From contig CAWWAG010000008.1 of assembly GCA_963934845.1 (NCBI GenBank), positions 10,358 to 74,357 of the forward strand: a DNA stretch of 64,000 nucleotides, given 5' to 3'. Position 1 is the stretch's first letter. The number at the start of each line of letters is the position of its first letter. A program made the translations under genes and the position numbers. The notes beneath the pieces were generated by a model that saw only the letters and a program-made list of their open reading frames with translations, was not told where the DNA came from and did not search any database. Source of the stretch: an uncultured Halioglobus sp. Its GTDB lineage: Bacteria > Pseudomonadota > Gammaproteobacteria > Pseudomonadales > Halieaceae. Shown piece by piece: positions 56,655 through 64,000 of the stretch.

Positions 56655-57755
56655 ATGTCCTCGACAGATGCCGAAAAGAGAGTGCTCGATGGAACGACCT
56701 GGGATCAGTTCTGTGATGCACTGAAAGATGCGGGAAATATCGTCCGCAGCCCCGCAGCGCCGCAGGACGCATTTAATCAGGCAGAGGGCTACCGCTACCT
56801 CGCGCGCCTGTTGCGTGGTGGCCTGGAAAGTTTCCTGGAATTTCGTGATCCACTGTTTCCACAACTGCGCTGTGGTGCCCATGAAACCATCAAACTTGGG
56901 GCCGACAATCCAGACAATCGTTACGAAAGCGCACCCCTGAGTCCCCAACACGACTACCGTATTACCGGCAGTCGCGGTTCTGTTGACTACCTGGGTTTCA
57001 GCACCATCATTAACAAGTATGCCTCTGGCGGCACCATGGAAGTCACCGGTCATATCGACACCCGACAGATGGAAATCGGTCCCGACGGAGAGTTGGAACT
57101 TATCATCAGCCGTAACAAGCAGCCCGGTAACTGGTTGCCTATGGGCGAGGAGACCAACTCCATTAACGTGCGGCAAACCTTTCAGGATCGTATCAACGAA
57201 AAACCGGCTGAGTTAAAAATCGAGCGCATTGGTGCCGACGATGACCGACCCGATGCATTTAACGCGACCAAACTGGAGCGTGGTCTGCAGGGTGCGATTG
57301 GCTTTGTAAAAGGCTCCGCGGCGCTGTTCGAAAACTGGTCTGAGAGCTTTCTACCCACCCTGAATGAACTGCCTCCGGCAGATCAGGCATACTGTCAACT
57401 TATAGGCGGGGACCCCAATATTTTCTATTTTCACAGTGCCTGGCAGCTTGCCGACGATGAAGTGTTTATTATCGACGCGCCTGAAATCCCCGAATGCCAG
57501 ACCTGGAACTTCCAACTGGACAACTGGTGGATGGAGTCGTTGGATTACCGGCATCACACCATTCACGTAAATAAACACACCGCCCACTACAACAGTGATG
57601 GTAGCGTGCGCGTGGTGGTGTCCCACGTCGACCCCGGCGTTCCCAACTGGATCGAAACTGCCGGACACAATATGGGTACGATGTGCTGGCGCTGGATTGG
57701 AGCGAAACGGCATCCTGAGCTGAAGACCCGTGTCGCCAAACTGGCGGATCTGTAA
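56655..57755 (+). CDS. conserved hypothetical protein (possibly DUF1214-like), cytoplasmic
   Basis: 366 aa with no signal peptide. The segment GYRYLARLLRGGLE...KLGADNPDNRYESAPL recalls DUF1214-type proteins, but I cannot verify the family. Has a TAATG overlap with the sulfotransferase gene. Confidence 0.5.
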   Translation: MSSTDAEKRVLDGTTWDQFCDALKDAGNIVRSPAAPQDAFNQAEGYRYLARLLRGGLESFLEFRDPLFPQLRCGAHETIKLGADNPDNRYESAPLSPQHDYRITGSRGSVDYLGFSTIINKYASGGTMEVTGHIDTRQMEIGPDGELELIISRNKQPGNWLPMGEETNSINVRQTFQDRINEKPAELKIERIGADDDRPDAFNATKLERGLQGAIGFVKGSAALFENWSESFLPTLNELPPADQAYCQLIGGDPNIFYFHSAWQLADDEVFIIDAPEIPECQTWNFQLDNWWMESLDYRHHTIHVNKHTAHYNSDGSVRVVVSHVDPGVPNWIETAGHNMGTMCWRWIGAKRHPELKTRVAKLADL

Positions 57756-58921
57756 TGGCAGAACAGACCGTGAGCTTCAATCCCGGTGAATTGATCGCCG
57801 AAGCAAAGGCGCAAACCGGCTTTGAGGATTTCGGTGACGTGCCGTTTCGCGAGGGACTGGAAGCACTGCTTGAAACGTTTGATCGCAATGTACAGGATCC
57901 CGAGGGACGCAAGCGGTGTCGCGACAGAGCGGTGATGCTGCTCGCAACCCGACTCAAGTGCGAGAATGCGTTCAAAACAATTCCAGAGATTGCAGAGCAG
58001 GACATCAAGGCGCCCATTTTTGTTACTGGCTTGCCGCGTTCGGGCACCTCAGCGCTGCTGAACCTGCTGGTTGCGGCGCCAGACAACCGCGGCCTGCTAC
58101 AATGGGAAGTGCAGTTCCCCGATCCCTGGCCCGACAGCAAACCGGGACAGGAAGATCCGCGCTACCCCTACCTGGTCAAGGCGCTAGAGCAAACCCGCAA
58201 TTCGGAATTTGCCAAGATTCACTACATCGATGCGGACACGCCGGAAGAGTGTGTGCTGTTACACGCGTTTTCGTTTGATGGTGTGCAGCTCGGTTTCGAG
58301 ATCATGCTCGAACCCTATAATAGTTGGGTGTTAGCGCGTGATCTGGAGCCCATGTACGCCTACCAGAAGCGGCTGATGCAAATGCTGAACTGGCGCAATC
58401 CCGGCACGCAATGGATGCTGAAAGCCCCGGCGCATATGTGGGGCATCAATGCCATTTTGAAGGTTTTTCCAGACGCCCGTTTTATCTGGTGCCATCGCGA
58501 CCCGGTCAGTGTCGTACCCAGCATCAACAGTATGAACAAGGTGGTCATGGGCATGTATGCGGGCGATCTCAGTCACCTGGACTCCGCAGAGATTGGCCGC
58601 TCCGTGATGGAGTGGTATGCCATGTCGCTGGAACACGGCCTGGCGCAACGCGAAACGTGGCCACCAGAACTGTTTGTAGATTGCTCGCAGCGCGAGTTTG
58701 TCGACCAACCGATGGCGATGGTGGAAAAAATCTATCGCGTGTTCGACCTGCCGCTCAGCGATGAATCACGAGCGGCTATGCAGGCACACGTGGACGCCAA
58801 CCCGAAGGGTAAGCACGGCAAGCACGAATACAATCTCGCAGAATATGGCCTGACCAAGGAGATGATAGAGGCGCGTTTTGCGTTCTACACCAGTGACGAG
58901 CGATGGCCTATCTCGGATTGA
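57755..58921 (+). CDS. PAPS-dependent sulfotransferase family protein
   Basis: 388 aa with the 5'-phosphosulfate-binding loop FVTGLPRSGTSALLNLL. Confidence 0.75.
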   Translation: MAEQTVSFNPGELIAEAKAQTGFEDFGDVPFREGLEALLETFDRNVQDPEGRKRCRDRAVMLLATRLKCENAFKTIPEIAEQDIKAPIFVTGLPRSGTSALLNLLVAAPDNRGLLQWEVQFPDPWPDSKPGQEDPRYPYLVKALEQTRNSEFAKIHYIDADTPEECVLLHAFSFDGVQLGFEIMLEPYNSWVLARDLEPMYAYQKRLMQMLNWRNPGTQWMLKAPAHMWGINAILKVFPDARFIWCHRDPVSVVPSINSMNKVVMGMYAGDLSHLDSAEIGRSVMEWYAMSLEHGLAQRETWPPELFVDCSQREFVDQPMAMVEKIYRVFDLPLSDESRAAMQAHVDANPKGKHGKHEYNLAEYGLTKEMIEARFAFYTSDERWPISD

Positions 58922-58928
58922 TGGCCCC

Positions 58929-59897
58929 TCAGAGCCAGCGTATCTTCTTAAACAGTGCAATCATCGCTACCGCTACAGCAAGTATGACGCCGAGCACAAA
59001 AAAGTAGCCGTTTTGATGGTGAAGTTCGGGCATATTTTCGAAGTTCATGCCGTAGAGACCGGCGATGAACGTGATGGGGACAAAAATCGCGGTAATGATG
59101 GTCAGTATCTTCATGGTGTTGTTGAGCTGGTGTGAACTGAGCGAGATATAGCCGTCGACGAGATCACCACACAACTCATAGTATAGGGTACATAGGCTGG
59201 AGAGTCTTTCGCAGCGGTCATACAGATCGCGCCGGACATGGTAGGAATCGCCCTCGCCGCTGCCGAGAAGCGGACATCCATCGCTCATCACGGTTTCGGA
59301 CATACGTAGATGGTAATTGAAAGTACGCCGCAGTTTTCGCAATCGCGTGCGGTAGGCGACCAGTTCCTTCAACGCCTCGTTAGACTGCTCACCCAGTAAC
59401 TGGTCTTCCAGATCACCAATGCGCTCCTCTGCTGCCATCAGCCTTTCCAGATAGCGCCCAGCGGCATAATGGAGCAGACCCAATGCCAGCACAGCGGGGG
59501 ACTGCAGCAGGTTTTCGGCAACCGCACGTTGCAACATATACTCGACACTCATCGAGTGCCCGTGGTGCAGCGTAATCAGGTAGTTTTGCCCCACCCATAT
59601 TGCCAACTGCTGCGGCACATGCGTAAGGGCATCGTCGAGCTCACTGATCCCGCGAAACAGAATGAAGCTGTTTGTCTTAAAATTTTCCACCTTCGGAGGG
59701 TGGCGTACTCTGGAGGCATCCTTGATCGCCAGCTCATTACAGTCGAAGCTTAGCAGCAGGGAGCGAATGTCTGGTGTCACCTCGTTCTGAATGTCGAGCC
59801 ATAGGATGCTCTCGGGCTGATCTCGCCACTGCTGCACTAGCTGTTCGTTCCCCTCTGAGTAGTGCCCGTCTACGGAGTGTAATAGCGACCTGATCAT
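58929..59897 (-). CDS. CorA family divalent metal ion transporter
   Basis: 322 aa with two C-terminal TM helices and the YGMNF signature (GLYGMNFENMPEL). Confidence 0.85.
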   Translation of the reverse strand: MIRSLLHSVDGHYSEGNEQLVQQWRDQPESILWLDIQNEVTPDIRSLLLSFDCNELAIKDASRVRHPPKVENFKTNSFILFRGISELDDALTHVPQQLAIWVGQNYLITLHHGHSMSVEYMLQRAVAENLLQSPAVLALGLLHYAAGRYLERLMAAEERIGDLEDQLLGEQSNEALKELVAYRTRLRKLRRTFNYHLRMSETVMSDGCPLLGSGEGDSYHVRRDLYDRCERLSSLCTLYYELCGDLVDGYISLSSHQLNNTMKILTIITAIFVPITFIAGLYGMNFENMPELHHQNGYFFVLGVILAVAVAMIALFKKIRWL

Positions 59898-60069
59898 GTG
59901 TTATATTCTCAAAAGTTATCTTGCTGGTAACCGTGGTTTGAATTCGAACATAGATTGCCTCCCTAGCCTAATAATATGGCAGGTAACACGCAAGGAAATC
60001 GTCCAGGGTGAACTGATAGTCGCGCCGTTGTGCATCGCGTGGCGCTTTTAATATGGGAAGAGTAGGGAC

Positions 60070-62310
60070 ATGTCAGTAATTCTGGACCTGACGCGCATCG
60101 TACAGGCTGCGGCCGAAGCTGACTCGCCCTCAGCTCAGGTATCTGTGATCGTCGACTCCATTCAACAGTACATGGGGCTGGACGTCTGCAGTCTCTACCT
60201 CGCGGATCAAAGAGGTGATATGGCACTACTTGCCAGTCGCGGTCTGGATCCTGTTGCAGTAGGCAGTGTCAGGATACCCGCAGGTAAGGGGCTGGTGGGG
60301 CTGGTCGCGCAGTCCAGGCATCCAATTAACCTCGCAGATGCGGCACAACACCCGGCATTTTACGGCATCAGGGAGACGCAGGAGGAACTGTACAGCAGCT
60401 TCTTCGGTGTTCCGATTGTCAGGGCCGGGGTGGTAATCGGCGTACTGGTAGCACAGAGTAGGGAAGCCCGTGTGCTTTCTGCAGAAGAGTCTGCGGTGCT
60501 GGTTACGCTGGGCAGCCAACTGGCGCTGGTGGTAGCGACAGAGTCAATTTGGCAGGAAATCAACAAGAGCAGCGCTCACACTCTGTCGGGTATAAAAGGC
60601 GCACCGGGTATCGGTATTGGGCAGGCCAGTCTGTGTGATAATCTTGACTTGTATTCCGTCAGCGACGGACAGTGCGGCGATATCGGTGTCACGCTGGCAG
60701 AGTGGCATGGGCTGGTTAAAACTGTACTGGCGGACGTCAAGCGAGAGCAGGCCGGTTTGGGTGATTTACTGTCAAAGGATGTGGCTACCGTGTTTGACGC
60801 CTACTGCCTGCTCTTGTCTGATCCGGCGCTGGTCAATGGTGTGGCTCAGTTGATAAACGATGGCCACCACCTTCCCGGTGCCCTGAAACGGGTTATCCAC
60901 CACCACGCCGACGTCTTTCTCGCCATGGACGATCCCTACTTGAGGGCGCGACACGAAGATATCCGGCATCTGGGAAACAAACTCTACAGCGCCTGGCGCG
61001 GCTTGCGGGCATCTGGTGAGGAAGAACTCCCCAGTACCCAGACTATTCTGGTTGGTGCACAGGTGAGTGTTTCTGATATTGCCCGGGTGCCCATGGAATT
61101 TCTCGCTGGTATTGTGTGCTTTCAGGGCTCAAACCTGTCGCATACTGCTGTGCTGGCCAATGCGCTGGGTGTTCCTGCCGTCATGGGGGTAGGGGAGATA
61201 AAAGGTATCCATAACCTGGATACCCTGGTGGTGGACGGCAACGCGGCCCGGGTTATTGTGCGGCCCAACCCATCTGTACTTACCGAGTACGAACAGTTGT
61301 TGAAAGCCGAACAGCAGCTAAAAGGCGATCTCCAGGTGCTGCGCGATCTGCCTGCACTGACGGTGGATGGGACGATCATTCAATTGTATGCCAACAGTGG
61401 CCTGTTAGCCGATATCTCGCCAGGCTTGCAAGCTGGCGCTGAGGGCCTGGGGCTGTACCGTACTGAAATCCCCTTTATGGTCAGCGATACCTTTCCATCT
61501 GAGGATGAACAGTTGGGTGTCTACCGACATATATTGGAGGCGTATGGTACCAAGCCTGTCCATATGCGCGTGCTGGATATTGGTGGCGACAAGCCACTGC
61601 CGTATTTTCCCATCAAGGAGGAAAACCCGGCACTTGGCTGGCGTGGAATACGCTTTTGCCTGGACAACAGTTCTCTATTCATGAGTCAGGTGCGCGCGAT
61701 GCTACGCGCCTCTGAAGGTCGGGAAAATTTGCGCATCATGCTGCCTATGGTAGGCAGCACCTCCGAGCTTGTCGGCTTCCATGCACTGCTGAATGATGCA
61801 TTGCAGCAGTTGCAGGAGGAGGGGATTAATGTGAGCCGACCGCCGGTGGGCATCATGGTAGAAGTGCCAGCGGCTATTTCGCAGCTGAGTTCCTGGCGCG
61901 AGCAGCTCGATTTCATTTCCATTGGCTCCAATGACCTGAGCCAATACCTGCTGGCGCTCGATCGCAACAATCCCAGAGTGGCGGCCTCCTATGATCATGT
62001 TCATCCGGCGGTACTCCATGAGATTGCACGGGTGATAGCGATCGCAAAAAAAATAGATCTACCACTGAGCGTCTGCGGCGAAATGTCCTCCGACCCGATT
62101 GCAGTGGTACTGCTCATCGGTATGGGTGTTCGAACCCTCAGTATGAGCGCGGCGCAACTGCCAAAAATTAAATGGCTGTTGCGGCGTATCAGCCTCGACA
62201 ATGCCAAAGCGATTGTCGAAGAGACACTGTTGCTCAACGATGCCAGGCAGATTCGGAAGTTGGTGGCAGACCAGCTGTATGTACTGGGAGCCGGGGAAAT
62301 CCTCTGGTGA
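60070..62310 (+). CDS. ptsP: phosphoenolpyruvate-protein phosphotransferase PtsP (EI-Ntr) with N-terminal GAF domain
   Basis: 746 aa. A GAF region is followed by EI motifs QGSNLSHTAVLA (phospho-His), IGSNDLSQY and SVCGEMSSDP. Confidence 0.92.
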   Translation: MSVILDLTRIVQAAAEADSPSAQVSVIVDSIQQYMGLDVCSLYLADQRGDMALLASRGLDPVAVGSVRIPAGKGLVGLVAQSRHPINLADAAQHPAFYGIRETQEELYSSFFGVPIVRAGVVIGVLVAQSREARVLSAEESAVLVTLGSQLALVVATESIWQEINKSSAHTLSGIKGAPGIGIGQASLCDNLDLYSVSDGQCGDIGVTLAEWHGLVKTVLADVKREQAGLGDLLSKDVATVFDAYCLLLSDPALVNGVAQLINDGHHLPGALKRVIHHHADVFLAMDDPYLRARHEDIRHLGNKLYSAWRGLRASGEEELPSTQTILVGAQVSVSDIARVPMEFLAGIVCFQGSNLSHTAVLANALGVPAVMGVGEIKGIHNLDTLVVDGNAARVIVRPNPSVLTEYEQLLKAEQQLKGDLQVLRDLPALTVDGTIIQLYANSGLLADISPGLQAGAEGLGLYRTEIPFMVSDTFPSEDEQLGVYRHILEAYGTKPVHMRVLDIGGDKPLPYFPIKEENPALGWRGIRFCLDNSSLFMSQVRAMLRASEGRENLRIMLPMVGSTSELVGFHALLNDALQQLQEEGINVSRPPVGIMVEVPAAISQLSSWREQLDFISIGSNDLSQYLLALDRNNPRVAASYDHVHPAVLHEIARVIAIAKKIDLPLSVCGEMSSDPIAVVLLIGMGVRTLSMSAAQLPKIKWLLRRISLDNAKAIVEETLLLNDARQIRKLVADQLYVLGAGEILW

Positions 62311-62343
62311 TAACGATTGCAAACCCGACTGGGGTAAATCCCC

Positions 62344-62799
62344 ATGAGCACTAAAAAGCCCCTCGGCTGGCGGGAGTGGATTGGTTTCCCCGATCTTAAT
62401 ATACCCAGGGTAAAGGCCAAGATTGATACCGGCGCACGTACCAGCGCGCTGCATGCCTTTATGGTTGAGCCGTTCACCCGAGACGCCCAGCAGTGGGTTC
62501 GTTTTGCGATCCACCCGGCGCAGGGCGATACCGAGACAGTGATAGAGTGCGAAGCGCCGGTGAAGGACCAACGCGTGGTGCGCGACTCTGGTGGACATGA
62601 AGAACTGCGCTATGTCATCGAGACTCAAATCGCCATAGGGGAGGATGTCATTCGTTCTGAGGTCACCCTGACAGATCGCGACAGCATGCGGTTTCGAGTA
62701 CTGCTGGGGCGCACCGCACTGAGAGCTAACTATGTCATCCATCCTGGCAGATCCTATATTCAAGGTAAAACCGGCGCAAAAAATAAGGATCGAATTTAA
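62344..62799 (+). CDS. retropepsin-like aspartic peptidase (the 'ATP-dependent zinc protease' / RimB-like family)
   Basis: 151 aa. WREWIGFPDLNIPRVKAKIDTGARTSALHA carries the D-T-G signature. Confidence 0.7.
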   Translation: MSTKKPLGWREWIGFPDLNIPRVKAKIDTGARTSALHAFMVEPFTRDAQQWVRFAIHPAQGDTETVIECEAPVKDQRVVRDSGGHEELRYVIETQIAIGEDVIRSEVTLTDRDSMRFRVLLGRTALRANYVIHPGRSYIQGKTGAKNKDRI

Positions 62800-62800
62800 C

Positions 62801-63871
62801 GTGGTAAAAGAAACACCATCTGAATTGGTCATCGGAGGCGTCAGTATCGCCCCCGGCAAACGTACCGTCGTCGAAATCCCGGTGGCACCGATGTATACCC
62901 ATGACGACCTGTCGATTTCTGTGCAGGTCATTCGTGGCAAACTCCCGGGGCCGACACTGTTTATCAGTGCTGCCATTCACGGTGACGAAATCAACGGCGT
63001 CGAAATTATTCGGCGGCTGCTGCAGAACAAAGTATTAAAAAATGTGCGCGGAACGATACTGGCCATCCCTATTGTCAATGTCTACGGTTTCCTCAACCAC
63101 ACCCGATACTTGCCCGACGGGCGCGATCTCAATCGATCGTTTCCCGGATCGACCAAGGGCTCACTGACGGGACGGGTGGCCCATACCTTTCTAAGAGAGA
63201 TCGTGCTCAAATCTACACATGGCATCGATTTACATACTGGCTCGCGCCACCGTGCCAATTTCCCACAAATTCGCGCCGATCTGGATAACCCGGCCAGCTT
63301 GGCCATGACGGAAGCTTTTGGTGTGCCGCTGGCACTGGATACAAAGTTGCGCGATGGTTCGCTACGCGGCACCGCGCAGGATGCTGGTATTCCAGTCATC
63401 CTGTATGAAGCGGGGGAAGCCTTAAGATTTGAAGAGCTGTACATACGAGCGGGACTTAAAGGTATCGTTAATGTGATGCGTAGCATTGGTATGTTGAGTC
63501 AATCCAAGCGTAGGAAAAAACCTCTACCCCCTGTCATCAGCTACCAAACCAGTTGGCTGCGGGCGCCTGAGAGTGGACTATTGCGCACGTTGGTGCCGCT
63601 CGGCGGCAAAGTCACGGCAGGGCAGGTCATCGCCATGGTAGCGGACCCATCGGGTTCCAGCGAAGTACCCATGACGGCACCGAATGACGGCATCGTTATC
63701 GGGCGCACCAATCTGCCACTGGTTTACGAGGGCGACGCAGCCTTTCATATCGCGCATTACGGTAGAAACGTGTCTGCCGTTGAAAAAGGGGTCGAGCAAT
63801 TCCAGGAAGATCTTCAGCCCGATGCCTATGCAACTGACGATTCCGATGCGAGCAATGCACCCATCATTTAA
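62801..63871 (+). CDS. succinylglutamate desuccinylase/aspartoacylase family (M14-like zinc deacylase)
   Basis: Zinc motif AAIHGDEINGVEI and DLHTGS. The start is placed at GTG 62801, right after the upstream stop. The track ORF starts at ATG 62732, which would overlap the upstream gene by 68 nt. Confidence 0.72.
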   Translation: MVKETPSELVIGGVSIAPGKRTVVEIPVAPMYTHDDLSISVQVIRGKLPGPTLFISAAIHGDEINGVEIIRRLLQNKVLKNVRGTILAIPIVNVYGFLNHTRYLPDGRDLNRSFPGSTKGSLTGRVAHTFLREIVLKSTHGIDLHTGSRHRANFPQIRADLDNPASLAMTEAFGVPLALDTKLRDGSLRGTAQDAGIPVILYEAGEALRFEELYIRAGLKGIVNVMRSIGMLSQSKRRKKPLPPVISYQTSWLRAPESGLLRTLVPLGGKVTAGQVIAMVADPSGSSEVPMTAPNDGIVIGRTNLPLVYEGDAAFHIAHYGRNVSAVEKGVEQFQEDLQPDAYATDDSDASNAPII

Positions 63872-64000
63872 CCTTGTTACCATTCTCGATCAAAACGTTA
63901 AGGTAAAAGTGCAGTGACATCTCCTCTACTGATTCTGGGTTGAATACTTCTGTTGCTTGGCGGTACGGGCTTGGTACGAGGAGCACAGGCATTGCCAGCC

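Noticed and set aside
62059-62976. 305-aa minus-strand ORF spanning the ptsP 3' end, the RimB-like gene and the start of the M14-like gene
   Set aside because: It is entirely antisense to three well-supported genes. It has no recognisable motif and an Arg/Gly/Pro/Ser-rich composition typical of spurious antisense frames in GC-rich coding DNA.
63926-64000. Possible 3' end of a minus-strand gene at the window edge (..QARTAKQQKYSTQNQ, stop at 63926-63928)
   Set aside because: Only 24 codons are visible, with no motif. A plus-strand TTG-initiated frame is also open to the edge, so the evidence cannot support either call.
1-64000. Scan for CRISPR arrays, IS elements and transposases, integrases, prophage genes, rRNA, tmRNA, RNase P and SRP RNA
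   Set aside because: No spaced direct-repeat array, no transposase- or integrase-like ORF and no sequence resembling these RNAs was seen in the intergenic regions. The only RNA gene supported is tRNA-Leu.

Overview
The window is 64 kb of chromosomal DNA from a moderately GC-rich gammaproteobacterium. Gene order resembles Pseudomonas and Cellvibrionales-type marine taxa, but that placement is inferred from synteny only. About two thirds is conserved housekeeping sequence: pabC-mltG-tmk-holB-pilZ, tRNA-Leu(TAG), tig-clpP-clpX-lon-hupB-ppiD, ETF-QO with etfBA, cysI-DUF934, metH, nfuA, a DAHP synthase, an AddAB-type helicase-nuclease pair, rlmG, mltD, yafS-like-rnhA-dnaQ, nhaB, nudC, sohB, corA and ptsP. 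I found no CRISPR array, transposase, integrase, restriction-modification, toxin-antitoxin or recognisable defence gene. I cannot support a claim of a new defence-type system here. The stretch from about 45 to 59 kb looks the least ordinary. It holds a cysC-sat-DHH sulfate-activation block that abuts a PAS-only regulator remnant. It also holds a sugar-oxidation locus, made of a cytoplasmic Gfo/Idh/MocA dehydrogenase, two TIM-barrel proteins and an MFS permease, plus a Tat hitch-hiker FAD dehydrogenase with no cytochrome subunit. A sulfotransferase translationally coupled to an unknown protein follows. Other points worth a second look:
- a multiply damaged CobB/Sir2 pseudogene coupled to the AddA-like gene
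- an MltD lipoprotein signal peptide encoded upstream of any canonical start codon
- absence of gloB from its conserved slot
- an untracked 40-codon membrane ORF with its own extended -10 promoter
- a signal-less GH84 (O-GlcNAcase-like) gene
- a RimB-like/M14-like pair
All functional calls come from motif and synteny recognition by eye. No database search was run.
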